From Alkalimonas sp. (lineage in GTDB: Bacteria; Pseudomonadota; Gammaproteobacteria; Enterobacterales; Alteromonadaceae): a stretch of 64,000 bases of DNA. Each line of letters begins with the position of its first letter. The first letter of the stretch is position 1. The DNA is taken from positions 30,541 through 94,540 of the forward strand of contig NZ_JAFIFQ010000005.1 of the NCBI RefSeq assembly GCF_020831925.1. The letters run 5' to 3'. The translations under genes were made by a program, and so were the position numbers. Of this stretch, positions 54,162-64,000 are shown one piece after another. Under the pieces are notes generated by a model. That model searched no databases. It saw only the letters and a program-made list of their open reading frames with translations, and was not told the DNA's origin.

Positions 54162-55997
54162 TTAGCCTGTTTGCTGGCGAATGGCTCGGGATTCTCTGGC
54201 AATGACTGCTGCCAGTTCCGAAGGTAGCACCGCTTTACTGAATACATGCCCCTGAATGGTCTCGCAGCCCATCACATGCAGCAGATAAGCCTGCATCTCG
54301 TTTTCAACCTGGCATGCAACTACCCCCAGCTGCAGATAGCCTGCCATTCGAATCAGACTGGCTGTGAGATTGCGATCAAGCTCAGATTGCTCCAGTTTTT
54401 GGATGAGGCTGCCATCAATTTTGATTTGGTCGAAGGAGAAATCACGTAGATGCTGCAAGGCAGATAAACCTGACCCAAAATGATCAAGCACCAGGAAAAA
54501 ACCGGCTTCTTTGGCGCTTTGCAAAATACGTTTACTTTGTTCGGGTTGTTGTTCCAGGATGGTCTGGTCCAATTCCAGCTCAAACTGTTCCGGCTTAAGA
54601 TTGTGTTGTTGTAGTTGCTGCAGATAATAAGTCAAAAAATCCGGTTGAAAGAATGTCCTGCTGGCAATGTTCAAGGCTAGTCGACCACGCATTAAACCCG
54701 TATTATTCCAGTGTTTTAAATGCTCACAGGCTTGCTGCAATACCAAGTGGTCCAGATGAATGATGCTATCACTTTCTGCTGCGATACTCAGAAACTGAGC
54801 AGGTAACAGCAATCCTCGCTGGGGGTGCTGCCAGCGCACCAAAGCTTCCAGACCTGTGACCCGATTGCTGCTAACACATAGCTTGGGTTGGAAGCTGAGT
54901 CGTATTTCCTGATTCTCCAAGGCTGATTGCAGCTCTTGTTCAAGCAAAAATGAATCACTGGAACGTGGCAGGGCCGCCTGATGGAAAAGTTGGATTGGGG
55001 AGGCTGCTGAGCGAGCTCGCTGCAGGGCATGATCAGCACTTCGCAACAATTGATCGTAACTATGGCCATCATTCGGGTATAAGGCGATTCCCATTGCAGG
55101 TGTCAGGGCCGGCTCTACGGTTGAACGCTCCAGTGCAGCCATGACTTGGCGTGCCAGTCGGTAACAGTGCAGATCCAATCGTTGGCTGGCCAGATAGGCT
55201 GGCAACAAAATGCCGAATTCGTTGGTGCTTAATCGGGCTAGCAGCAACCCGGTAGGTAGCTGCGAGCGAATCGCTGTGGCTAACTCGGCTAAAGGAAGGT
55301 TTTGTGGCATGTTATCTGAGTCTGAGTTGAGTTGCAGGATCATCACTGCAAAGACTGGGTGTTGCTCAGTGACCGATTGGAGCTCGCGTTCCAGATAATC
55401 CATAAACACAGCCCGGTTGGGCAGTCTGGTGCCAGGATCCTTGGTATTGACTCGGCGCAACTCCAACTCATTCATTTTTCGGGTGCTAATGTCGGCAAAG
55501 GTTGCCAGATACAACGCTGGCTTGGATTTGGTAGCCGGTCGCAAACAACTGATGGATAAATCCAGTGCAAATACCTGTTGGTTGGCTTTGCGGCTCCAGA
55601 TATCACCGTGCCAGAACTGGCTTTTTAGCAGGGACTTTTGAATCGTGTAGGCAATGTCTTCAGGCTCCCCCTGGCTGTTAAATACTCGCAGGGGCTGACC
55701 AATTACCTGTTCTTTGCGAAAACCGGTAATCCGGCAAAATGCAGGGTTTACTTGCTGGATGTCCAAGTCTGCGTCCAGCAGGCAGACGGCATCCTGATGT
55801 TGGTGGATAAAGTTATGCAGCTGGCTGGCGGCTTGATTTGCACGATGCAATTTGAACCAGAGCGATAGGCTTAGCACGACAAAGATTAGCAGCAACACGT
55901 AAACAGGGACTGTGGAGGATGTGACGGAAAAGGCAAAAGCAGGACCGCTGACAAGCAGAAGAGTGGCAGTACAAAAAATGCGGCCGAGCTGCGCCAT
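54162..55997 (-). CDS. Membrane-anchored PAS-GGDEF-EAL protein with degenerate catalytic motifs
   Basis: PAS (QVNPAFCRITGF); GGDEF replaced by STNEF; EAL kept (GLEALVRW) but DHFGSG and CQVE. Confidence 0.85.
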   Translation of the reverse strand: MAQLGRIFCTATLLLVSGPAFAFSVTSSTVPVYVLLLIFVVLSLSLWFKLHRANQAASQLHNFIHQHQDAVCLLDADLDIQQVNPAFCRITGFRKEQVIGQPLRVFNSQGEPEDIAYTIQKSLLKSQFWHGDIWSRKANQQVFALDLSISCLRPATKSKPALYLATFADISTRKMNELELRRVNTKDPGTRLPNRAVFMDYLERELQSVTEQHPVFAVMILQLNSDSDNMPQNLPLAELATAIRSQLPTGLLLARLSTNEFGILLPAYLASQRLDLHCYRLARQVMAALERSTVEPALTPAMGIALYPNDGHSYDQLLRSADHALQRARSAASPIQLFHQAALPRSSDSFLLEQELQSALENQEIRLSFQPKLCVSSNRVTGLEALVRWQHPQRGLLLPAQFLSIAAESDSIIHLDHLVLQQACEHLKHWNNTGLMRGRLALNIASRTFFQPDFLTYYLQQLQQHNLKPEQFELELDQTILEQQPEQSKRILQSAKEAGFFLVLDHFGSGLSALQHLRDFSFDQIKIDGSLIQKLEQSELDRNLTASLIRMAGYLQLGVVACQVENEMQAYLLHVMGCETIQGHVFSKAVLPSELAAVIARESRAIRQQTG

Positions 55998-56238
55998 AGT
56001 AACAACATCCCTGTGTTGACCAAAATCTGAACGTTAACTATAGCGCTGCCGGCCAAAAGATTGCAACTTTTAATGCAGTTTTCCAGACAATAAATCGAAA
56101 AGAGTATTTTAGTGCAAACTAAAGTGACGTTTTCTGTCAAAAGCCTTTACAGCTGCTAGATAGAGCAGATGTCAGTCTGCCTTTTATCTGTTATATTTCT
56201 GCTTTTTGAAAGGTCTTTTCCACCACTATTGAGGTTCT

Positions 56239-56703
56239 ATGTTTGAAATCGCCCTCTTTGAGCCACAAATTGCGCCAAACACTGGAAATATCATCCGTTT
56301 ATGCGCCAACCTAGGCGCTCAGTTGCACCTGATAGAGCCTCTGGGATTTGAGTTGGAGGAAAAAAAGCTACGCCGGGCTGGATTGGATTACCATGATCTA
56401 ACCCGGGTACACCGGCATGCTAATTACGCTGCATTTCAGGCGGTTATCGGTTCGCGCCGGATCCTGGCCTGCACCACCAAAGGCAGTCAGAGCTACCATC
56501 AAGTGGCGTTTCAGTACGACGATGTGCTGTTGTTTGGCTCTGAAACCTCGGGTTTACCAGATTCGATTCGGGATGCCTTCCCTGCCAGTCAGCGTATTCG
56601 TATTCCGATGCAGCAAAGTAGTCGTAGCCTGAACCTGGCGAATGCGGTGGCTATTATCAGTTACGAAGCCTGGCGTCAGCAGGGCTTTGTTGGCGGAAGT
56701 TGA
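56239..56703 (+). CDS. trmL: tRNA(Leu) 34 2'-O-methyltransferase
   Basis: [34 protein letters not shown]. Confidence 0.96.
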   Translation: MFEIALFEPQIAPNTGNIIRLCANLGAQLHLIEPLGFELEEKKLRRAGLDYHDLTRVHRHANYAAFQAVIGSRRILACTTKGSQSYHQVAFQYDDVLLFGSETSGLPDSIRDAFPASQRIRIPMQQSSRSLNLANAVAIISYEAWRQQGFVGGS

Positions 56704-56712
56704 GGGGCAGTG

Positions 56713-57708
56713 TCATTCCTGCATGGCCCTATAGCGGGCAAAGAACTGCAGTATTGAGTGCATCGTCTGCTCTCGGATACTGGCTTGCTCCAGCAGTAAC
56801 TCGTGCTTAGCCCCGGCAAGAACTTTCAGTTCGCGCAGCTCTGGCCGCTGGGCAACAAACTGCTGTTGTGCTTTATTATTCACCACCCGATCAGCACCTG
56901 CCTGAAGAACCAGTAGAGGGAGCTCAATACTGTGCCCGGCCGTTGCTAAACGCTGCATCACCTGATCGGCGGCCAACAACCAGTCGAGCGTCACGCCGCC
57001 GAGTTGCAGAGTTGGTTCGGCCTGATACAGCGAAAGTAGCCATTGGTACTGTTGGGGGCAACTGGTCAGGCGGTTGGCAGGAAACGGATCGGGCCGGTAA
57101 TTGCCCTGACCGGGTAAATACCAACTTTGGCTTGACAGAAGCCGGTTGAGCCAGCGCAGCGCTCGCACCACAGGCATTGCCGCTTTAAATGGCAGTGGTC
57201 CCGAGTAGATACCTAGCATCGGTGAGCACAGCACGGCCGCAGCAAACGGATGCTCTGGGTAGCGCAGCAGGTAGTTGGCAAAAATCGCGGAGCCCATCGA
57301 ATGACATAAAGCCAAATAGCGTTGGTGTTGGCTTGGGATCACGACTTGCTGCATAAAAAACTGCCAGTCATCGCTGTAATGATCAAAGGTGCAGATATGA
57401 CCTTTATGCGGATTGCTCAGCTCACGCGCTGAGGCACCCTGTCCCAGATGATCCAGAATGTAGACACTGTAGCCGGCCTGTACCAGCTCAAAAATCACCG
57501 CGCTGTATTTTACGGCCATTTCGATACGACCTGCACTGATAACGATAGCTGTGGTCGCGTTAGGAAGTCTGAAACAGCTGTAGTGCAACACCTGCCCGCG
57601 TTGATTGAGCATCTTGTCGTGCTGCATTTGTTGCCATAATGGTTGCCAGTGATGCAGCCAGTTTTGCTGCACAAGGTTCTCTGTGTTCAACTGGTCACTT
57701 GCTGGCAT
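56713..57708 (-). CDS. pldB: Lysophospholipase L2-like alpha/beta hydrolase
   Basis: GRIE..KY, DHLGQG.S, HSMG nucleophile, GAKHELLLE. Confidence 0.8.
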   Translation of the reverse strand: MPASDQLNTENLVQQNWLHHWQPLWQQMQHDKMLNQRGQVLHYSCFRLPNATTAIVISAGRIEMAVKYSAVIFELVQAGYSVYILDHLGQGASARELSNPHKGHICTFDHYSDDWQFFMQQVVIPSQHQRYLALCHSMGSAIFANYLLRYPEHPFAAAVLCSPMLGIYSGPLPFKAAMPVVRALRWLNRLLSSQSWYLPGQGNYRPDPFPANRLTSCPQQYQWLLSLYQAEPTLQLGGVTLDWLLAADQVMQRLATAGHSIELPLLVLQAGADRVVNNKAQQQFVAQRPELRELKVLAGAKHELLLEQASIREQTMHSILQFFARYRAMQE

Positions 57709-59086
57709 CGGTTGATTCCTTTAAAGTTGAACTGCAGTTTCCGGGTAAGGTCAGCACCAGGCAAAGCCCCGCGGGTTGATTTAGCTGGGCTTGCAGCTTA
57801 CCGCCATGAAGGCGGACGGATTCAGCGGCGATTGCAAGACCAAGACCAAAACCGCCAGTTGCACTGCTGCGACTGTGGCTGACCCGGTAAAAGGGCGTGA
57901 AAATAGCCTCCAGTTCGGATGCCGGCACCCCAGGGCCCTGATCGCAGATGCTGATTTGTAACTGAGCCGCGTTTTCGCCTAACTGGCAATGAATGATGCT
58001 GCCTGCAGGACTGTATTTCAGTGCATTGCGTAAGATATTTTCCAGTGCTCTGCTAAGCAAGCGCTTGTCAGCCATTCGTTCGACCAGTGCCGGGCAGTCC
58101 AGACTGATGTGCTGTTGCTTATGTTGAGCTTCTAATTGGCTGCTGTCTACCAGCTGCTGTAATAGCTCGGATAGATCCAGTGGCTCAAGCTCAAGTGGAT
58201 AATGGCCACTGTTGAGTCGGCTGTAGGTTAGGAGTTCATCCAACAGGGCATCCACTTGCTCCAGCTCGTATTGCAACCGTGGTAGTTGTTTACCCTCCCC
58301 CTGGCGCTCTTCCAATGCCAGCGCCAGCTGTGCCCTGGTTAAAGGGGTGCGAAGTTCATGCGACACATCGCGCAGCAGACGCTGCTGCCCCTGGAGTAAG
58401 CCGCTAATTCGCTCTGCCATCGCATTAAACCCCCGGCCCAAAGCTCCAAGTTCATCATTTCGTTGTGCCAGTTTACTGCTTCGCTGAGCCAGCTCGCCAG
58501 CAGCAAAGCTCTGATAGCTGTGCAACAGTTCGCGCAGTGGCCGTGTAATGGAGATCGCCAAAAACAGACTGGCAATAGCAGAAATCAGGAATAAGCTGAG
58601 CAACAACAAGGATTGCGGCAGTGCGCTCAGCTGCCACCAGGGTTGTTCTGGGCGTTGCCGCTGCTGATACAACACCAAAGCACGGCCTTCTACCTCGATG
58701 GCGACCGGGCCAGCCAGAAACAGGTTGGAGTGATGCAACAGGCGTGGTTGCTCCAGATCAGACAGCTCGGTCAGCCAGTTGTGGTCAAACTGCCTTGGCA
58801 GCCCAGCAGGATTGAGCACTTGCTGCTGCTCAGGGTCTACCAGCAACCAGCGGCCTTGACGTCGTCGTTCAAGTCGTTGCAGTAAATCAGCCAGTGAGTC
58901 GGCATCGCTGTAAAAGCGAGCCGCCGCATGCAACTGGTGCTGCATCGGTGGCGGCAGTCGCCGGATCTCGGTTTGCTCGGGCAGGCCTCGGGCAATCAGT
59001 AAGGTGGCTGCCACTGTGGCCAGAATCACCAGCCAGAACCAGAGAAAAATCCGGCTGGCTAAATAGTGCAGCGGGTTTTTTAACAT
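57695..59086 (-). CDS. cpxA: CpxA-like sensor histidine kinase
   Basis: Two TM, HAMP, DVSHELRTPL, ENILRNA, DQGPGV, GFGLGL; locus with cpxR and cpxP. Confidence 0.8.
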   Translation of the reverse strand: MLKNPLHYLASRIFLWFWLVILATVAATLLIARGLPEQTEIRRLPPPMQHQLHAAARFYSDADSLADLLQRLERRRQGRWLLVDPEQQQVLNPAGLPRQFDHNWLTELSDLEQPRLLHHSNLFLAGPVAIEVEGRALVLYQQRQRPEQPWWQLSALPQSLLLLSLFLISAIASLFLAISITRPLRELLHSYQSFAAGELAQRSSKLAQRNDELGALGRGFNAMAERISGLLQGQQRLLRDVSHELRTPLTRAQLALALEERQGEGKQLPRLQYELEQVDALLDELLTYSRLNSGHYPLELEPLDLSELLQQLVDSSQLEAQHKQQHISLDCPALVERMADKRLLSRALENILRNALKYSPAGSIIHCQLGENAAQLQISICDQGPGVPASELEAIFTPFYRVSHSRSSATGGFGLGLAIAAESVRLHGGKLQAQLNQPAGLCLVLTLPGNCSSTLKESTDASK

Positions 59087-59790
59087 GGATCCGACTCCGG
59101 CACAAAGCGAAAACCACTGCCGCGCAATGTCTGGATGTATTCTTGCGCACTGTGCTGCGCCAGTTTGCGACGAATGTTGCTCAGATGCATATCCAGGCTG
59201 CGATCATGCAGTTGTAGGCTGCGCCCCAGCACCTGTTTGCTTAATTCTTCTTTGCTGATGACCTGGCCCACCCGCCGTATTAAATAATCCAGCAGTTGAA
59301 ACTCGGTGGCTGTCAGTTGCACTGGCTGTTGTTGTACTGTGAGCTGATGGCTGGCACTATCCAGTTGCAGATCGTGCACTGTGATGGTGGTCACTTGGCG
59401 TTCTTTGTTCTGCTGCACCAGTTCGATGCGACGAAAAATCGCTTTGATGCGTGCGACCAACTCTCTTGGGTTAAACGGCTTGGCCAGGTAATCATCAGCA
59501 CCCAGTTCCAGGCCAACAATACGGTCTATTTCATCGCCACGGGCGGTCAGCATCAGCACAGGACAATTGCTGGTTTTGCGCAGCTGCTGCAACAGGCTAA
59601 AACCATCCATGCCTGGTAGCATCACATCCAGTAGCAGCAAGTCATGCTGTTGGCTTTGAGCGCGCTCCAGGCCGGCCGGCCCGTCGTGGCTGGCATCAAA
59701 CTCGAAGCCATCCAGCTGCAGGTAGTCTTTGACCAGCTCAGTCAGAGCGACATCGTCATCGATCATCAGGATTCGGTTCATCAAACTCAC
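59080..59790 (-). CDS. cpxR: CpxR-like OmpR-family response regulator
   Basis: LLDVMLP, KPFNPREL, DRSLDMHLSNIRRKL. Confidence 0.85.
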   Translation of the reverse strand: MSLMNRILMIDDDVALTELVKDYLQLDGFEFDASHDGPAGLERAQSQQHDLLLLDVMLPGMDGFSLLQQLRKTSNCPVLMLTARGDEIDRIVGLELGADDYLAKPFNPRELVARIKAIFRRIELVQQNKERQVTTITVHDLQLDSASHQLTVQQQPVQLTATEFQLLDYLIRRVGQVISKEELSKQVLGRSLQLHDRSLDMHLSNIRRKLAQHSAQEYIQTLRGSGFRFVPESDPC

Positions 59791-59846
59791 TTCAATGCAT
59801 TGCTCTGGTGATCAGTCTAACGTCATCCGGGCGCAGCGAACAGATC

Positions 59847-59883
59847 TTTACGGAACCTTTACACGGCCTTTGCACTGCTTTGC
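59847..59883. promoter_or_regulatory. CpxR-type binding repeats
   Basis: Four TTTAC/TTTGC pentamers at 59847, 59858, 59869 and 59879 (reverse GTAAA/GCAAA, period 10-11). Confidence 0.7.
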
Positions 59884-59928
59884 ATTCAGCCTGCTAATCT
59901 GAAATCGTCAAATAAAAGGAGACAGACC

Positions 59929-60468
59929 ATGAAAGCAATCAGCATGATTTCGTTATTGATGGCAGCTTCAGTCAGCCTTACGGCAGCACCCATTGCAGCC
60001 GGTGAGTTGACTGCTGAAACCAGCACTTCACAACCGCAACAACAAGGTAAGCGCTGGCAGCACAGAGCGAAGCAAGCAGGTATGCCGCATGATGGTGCCA
60101 GCCAGTACCGCAAACAGAACCGACATGGGGCTGAGCGTCATACCTTGCGTCAGTTAGCACTGAGTGATGCACAAAAACAGCAACTGCAGGCAATGCGGCA
60201 AGAGCAGCGAGCACAGTATGGCGACCGGGCAGAGCAGCGCCAGCAACGTCAGCAACTGCAGCAACTGGTGCAGGCCGATAGTTTTGATGCCACGGCTGCC
60301 CGCTTGCTGCTGGAACAGCATCAGCAACAGCAATTGGAGCGTCAGTTGGCTATGCTGGAGTTTCGTCATCAGTTCTGGCAGCAGCTGACCCCTGAGCAAC
60401 GTGAGCAGTGGCAGCAGCAGCGATCAGAGCGCCAACCGCGTCAGCTAGCTAAGATCCAACTCTTTTAA
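59929..60468 (+). CDS. cpxP: CpxP/Spy-family periplasmic protein
   Basis: Signal peptide; two LTXXQ-type motifs (LSDAQ, LTPEQ); divergent from cpxR. Confidence 0.85.
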   Translation: MKAISMISLLMAASVSLTAAPIAAGELTAETSTSQPQQQGKRWQHRAKQAGMPHDGASQYRKQNRHGAERHTLRQLALSDAQKQQLQAMRQEQRAQYGDRAEQRQQRQQLQQLVQADSFDATAARLLLEQHQQQQLERQLAMLEFRHQFWQQLTPEQREQWQQQRSERQPRQLAKIQLF

Positions 60469-61863
60469 CTTTCGTGTCAGCGTATTGCGGCCCCAGCCTA
60501 AAAAACGGGCCGCTTCCTGTTTGTGACCATGGGTGTGCTGCAGCGCCTGCTGCAAAGCGATACTTTCCAATTGCTGGCTGGCTTCGTTCAGGATATCCAT
60601 CCGGCCCAGCTTCAGTTGCTGCTGCATCCAGTGGCGAAAACTGTCCTGCCAGCCGCTGCACGGATTCTCAGAGTTGCTAAGTGGTTCGTTCTCCTGCGGG
60701 GGCGGGCCTGATAACTCCGGTGGTAAATCGGCTATCAGCACTTGCTTACCGCTGGCCATCACGGTGAGCCAACGGCAGGTGTTCTCCAGCTGCCGCACAT
60801 TGCCGGGCCAGTCCAGTTTTTGCAGGAATTTTTCGGCTTCACTGCTGAGCTGCTTGGCTTCGACATTCAGCTCACGGGCTGCCTGTTGCAAAAAATGTCG
60901 GGCCAGTGCAGGGATATCTTCACGCCGCTCTTTTAGACGCGGCAGATGCACCCGAATCACATTCAGACGGTGAAACAAATCTTCCCGAAATAAATGTTTC
61001 GCCACCAATTGCTCCAGATTCTGGTGGGTGGCCGCAATAATGCGCACATCGACACTGATGGCCTGATGGCCACCCACCCGATAAAACTGGCCATCGGCCA
61101 GTACCCGTAGCAGCCGGGTTTGTACATCCAGTGGCATGTCGCCGATTTCATCCAGAAATAAGGTACCGCCATCGGCTTGTTCAAAACGGCCTTTGCGCAC
61201 ATTAGCGGCGCCGGTAAAGGCGCCTTTTTCATGGCCGAACAATTCGGATTCAATCAGATCTTTTGGGATTGCGGCCATATTCAGCGCAATAAAGGGCTGG
61301 TCGCTGCGCGGGCTGTGCTTGTGCAGCGCATGTGCCACCAACTCTTTGCCGGTACCGGATTGGCCATTAATTAGCACGCTGATGCTGGAGCGGCTAAGCC
61401 GGCCGATGGCACGAAATACCTCCTGCATGGCTGGGGCTTCACCAATGATCTCCGGCAACAGTTGCGGTTGGCTGGCTTTGGTTTTGCGCAAGCTGGCTTT
61501 GCTGTGCTCCAGCGCCCGGCTTACCAGTGCTACGGCTTCGTCCATATCAAAGGGTTTTGGCAGGTATTCAAAGGCCCCGCGTTTAAAGGCATTGACGGCG
61601 CTGTCCAGATCCGAGTGGGCGGTCATAATGATTACTGGCAATTCCGGGGCTAATTGTTGCAAACGGGCCAGCAAGGCCATGCCATCGGTGCCGGGCATAC
61701 GAATATCGGAGAGCACTACGGCTGGCTGGTGGTAGTCAAGCCGCTGCAACATCAAGTCGGCACTGGCGAAACTCTCGCAGGGGATCTCAGCTCGTTGCAA
61801 TGCTTTTTCCAGCACCCAGCGAATGGAGTTGTCGTCATCAATGATCCATACGTCCTGATTCAT
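60445..61863 (-). CDS. ntrC: Nitrogen regulator NtrC
   Basis: SDIRMPG receiver, GQSGTGKE, ESELFGHEKGAFTGA, C-terminal HTH. Confidence 0.97.
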   Translation of the reverse strand: MNQDVWIIDDDNSIRWVLEKALQRAEIPCESFASADLMLQRLDYHQPAVVLSDIRMPGTDGMALLARLQQLAPELPVIIMTAHSDLDSAVNAFKRGAFEYLPKPFDMDEAVALVSRALEHSKASLRKTKASQPQLLPEIIGEAPAMQEVFRAIGRLSRSSISVLINGQSGTGKELVAHALHKHSPRSDQPFIALNMAAIPKDLIESELFGHEKGAFTGAANVRKGRFEQADGGTLFLDEIGDMPLDVQTRLLRVLADGQFYRVGGHQAISVDVRIIAATHQNLEQLVAKHLFREDLFHRLNVIRVHLPRLKERREDIPALARHFLQQAARELNVEAKQLSSEAEKFLQKLDWPGNVRQLENTCRWLTVMASGKQVLIADLPPELSGPPPQENEPLSNSENPCSGWQDSFRHWMQQQLKLGRMDILNEASQQLESIALQQALQHTHGHKQEAARFLGWGRNTLTRKLKELDLS

Positions 61864-62951
61864 GCGGTTTCCTCTGTGTCACTGATGGGAAGGTACAGGG
61901 TGAATTCGGTATGGCCAGGCCAGCTGTCGCAATCGATCCAGCCACTGTGCTGGTGCAATAGGGTTTGCGCTATGGTCAGGCCGAGACCACTGCCGCCCGG
62001 TTTGCCACTGACCATGGGGTAAAACAGGGTGTCGCGAATATCAGCCGGGATGCCGGGGCCATTGTCGATCACCTTGATGGCAGCCACTAATTTATGCCGC
62101 TGGCCGTGCAAGGTGTGTTGATACAAAATTCTGCTTTGCAGCAGAATTTGGCCACCTTGTTCCAGAGCTTGTTGGGCATTGCGTACAATGTTGAGCAGAG
62201 CCTGCTCTATTAGCTCTGGATCAAAGCGAAACACCGGGATGCTTGGATCGTAGTCGCGCTGAAAACGGACTTGTGCCGGGTTATCCAGTTGGGCCAGCTG
62301 ACACACCCGCTCAATCACTTGATGCAAGTTAGCAAATTGCTGCTGTGGTGGCCGATAGGGGCCGAGCAAGCGGTCCACCAGCTTGCGCAACCGATCGGCC
62401 TGCGCAATGATGAGCTGAGTGTATTCTTTTTGTTCGTCGGACAGCGAGGATTCCAGCAACTGTGCGGCACCGCGCAGCCCACCAAGCGGGTTTTTAATCT
62501 CATGTGCTAAATTGCGAACCAGCTCGCGGGCTGCATGATGCTGATGCTGCTGCACATTTTCCTGGCTGATTTTGCGTTGCCGCTCAATTTGGCGAATTTC
62601 CAACAGTAAATACCACTGCTGTTGATGCTCAAAAGGGCTCAGGTAAACATCCAGCAGGGTCGGATGCCCATCGTGCAAAATGGTTTGCACATCACTGATG
62701 GCAAAGCTAGTTTGTTGCTCTAGGGCCCTAAGCAAAGGTTCTTTCCCCAGCTCACAGTATTGAAATAGCTCGGGAAATGGCTGACCACTCAGCCGTTTTG
62801 CGCTGATGGTCAATACCTGACTGCAGGCGGCATTGTAAAAACAGATCCGCAGTTGTTGGTCCAGCACCAATACAGCGGTGCTAAGAAGCTCGCTGAGCTG
62901 CTCAGGTTTAAAAGAAACGGTTGTACTCGACTGTTGTCCTGATTCGGTCAC
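61860..62951 (-). CDS. ntrB: Nitrogen sensor kinase NtrB
   Basis: PAS, LAHEIKNPLGGLRGAAQLL, DNGPGI, GSGLGL; GTG 62951 fits the GAGGA RBS (track start 62957). Confidence 0.96.
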   Translation of the reverse strand: MTESGQQSSTTVSFKPEQLSELLSTAVLVLDQQLRICFYNAACSQVLTISAKRLSGQPFPELFQYCELGKEPLLRALEQQTSFAISDVQTILHDGHPTLLDVYLSPFEHQQQWYLLLEIRQIERQRKISQENVQQHQHHAARELVRNLAHEIKNPLGGLRGAAQLLESSLSDEQKEYTQLIIAQADRLRKLVDRLLGPYRPPQQQFANLHQVIERVCQLAQLDNPAQVRFQRDYDPSIPVFRFDPELIEQALLNIVRNAQQALEQGGQILLQSRILYQHTLHGQRHKLVAAIKVIDNGPGIPADIRDTLFYPMVSGKPGGSGLGLTIAQTLLHQHSGWIDCDSWPGHTEFTLYLPISDTEETA

Positions 62952-62963
62952 GGCCAATCCTCA

Positions 62964-62980
62964 CGCACCATTATGGTGCA
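62964..62980. promoter_or_regulatory. NtrC binding site upstream of ntrB
   Basis: CGCACCA-tta-TGGTGCA versus consensus TGCACCA-N3-TGGTGCA. Confidence 0.85.
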
Positions 62981-63030
62981 TTTGCGATGCCAGTGTACGT
63001 CAGTCCGCTGAAAAATGCATCACAAATGCC

Positions 63031-63549
63031 CTATCTAGGGGATATCACCGTTGCTCTATGCAAATAAAAGGTGATGATCTCACTAAGTGCAATTTGCTTG
63101 CCGCTTTGATCAAGGAGCTCCATTTGCAGCTGATATTCACCGCGGTCTTGATCGCGTAGCACGAAGGTAGTGCTAGTTTGCGGGGCGCCGTAACGGCTGC
63201 CATTGACCTTAAGTGCGACCTGGAATCCACGGGTAAAGCGGGGTAGTACACGCCCGGTGATATGAACAGTGCCAGTGTTGTCGCGAATAGTCGCTTCCTG
63301 CTCGGGATTGGTAATTTCAATGGTGAAAGGAGTCGTCTTTTCTTGTTGCTGTGGCCGAAATGGCTCGGTAGCCTCCATCAGGTTGATCCGGGTGGTGAGA
63401 TTGACTTCTTCAGCGCCAGGTTTGGGGCTGTCGGAAAACACCAGCACGCCATTGGCATCACGCCAGACATAAACTTTGCCATTGGCGTCTGTTGGCATGG
63501 GTAAACACAGCAGAAGCAAAACCACAATGGTGAGTAGTCGTGTTATCAC
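63031..63549 (-). CDS. DUF4124-family exported protein
   Basis: Signal peptide, VYVWRDANGVLVFSDSP; GTG start at 63549 with AGGA RBS (track start 63675). Confidence 0.8.
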   Translation of the reverse strand: MITRLLTIVVLLLLCLPMPTDANGKVYVWRDANGVLVFSDSPKPGAEEVNLTTRINLMEATEPFRPQQQEKTTPFTIEITNPEQEATIRDNTGTVHITGRVLPRFTRGFQVALKVNGSRYGAPQTSTTFVLRDQDRGEYQLQMELLDQSGKQIALSEIITFYLHRATVISPR

Positions 63550-63706
63550 GGTGTTGGATCCTGTCGCTGATTTGGTCAACCTTTCTTCATTAACTGTACG
63601 CCTGTTTTCATCATTTGACCAGATTTGTTGTGCAGGCAGGACCTGTTGCCAGGATATCGGCAGAAAAAAGCCCACCGGTTGGCGGGCTTAAAGCAAAGGA
63701 GAGGAC

Positions 63707-64000
63707 TTAGACGCTGTAGTACAGCTCGAATTCAAGTGGATGAATGGCGATATTGACCCGACGCGCTTCTTCCCGCTTGATTGCGATGTAGGCATCAATC
63801 ATGTCGTTTGACATCACACCGCCTTTGGTGAAGATTTCGCGTGAGGCATCCAGTGCATCCAGCGCCTGATCCAGTGAGGTAGCAACCTGTGGAATATTGG
63901 CTGCTTCTTCTGCTGGCAAGTCGTACAGATCTTTATCCATCGCATCGCCAGGATGGATTTTGTTCTGAATGCCATCCAAACCGGCCATCAACTGGGCAAC
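63707..64000 (-). CDS. glnA: Glutamine synthetase type I, 3' end (truncated by window edge)
   Basis: [22 protein letters not shown] adenylylation Tyr, [11 protein letters not shown]; terminator at ~63665-63688. Confidence 0.97.
   Translation of the reverse strand, partial: VAQLMAGLDGIQNKIHPGDAMDKDLYDLPAEEAANIPQVATSLDQALDALDASREIFTKGGVMSNDMIDAYIAIKREEARRVNIAIHPLEFELYYSV

Overview
Chromosomal window (about 60 CDS, one tRNA) from a gammaproteobacterium. Gene order and MotX suggest an Alteromonadales-like marine or alkaline organism, possibly the Alishewanella/Rheinheimera/Alkalimonas group; this is inference only. Most of it is conserved housekeeping blocks: purH, fis-dusB, prmA-accBC-aroQ, dsbD, groESL, psd-rsgA-orn-tRNA-Gly-queG, tsaE-amiB-mutL-miaA-hfq-hflXKC, purA, motX-rnr, rsmD-ftsYEX, rpoH, envC-gpmI, yibN-grxC-secB, trmL, cpxAR/cpxP and ntrBC-glnA. 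No integrase, transposase or CRISPR array was found. The notable signals are mostly non-coding. (1) A perfect CIRCE operator lies upstream of rpoH, while groESL has only a sigma32 promoter, suggesting an HrcA -| rpoH -> groESL cascade. (2) A decayed insertion at the groEL 3' end is marked by a second groEL fragment fused to a second terminator copy; between the copies is an orphan two-gene cassette with a consensus promoter. (3) A scattered metal-homeostasis set comprises two near-identical Zur-like boxes (orphan AztD-like lipoprotein; MerC-domain protein) and a ZntR-type promoter before a glutaredoxin-MauE fusion. (4) An accessory patch at 43.6-49.1 kb contains an unannotated pseudogene. All calls come from manual motif recognition; no searches were run.
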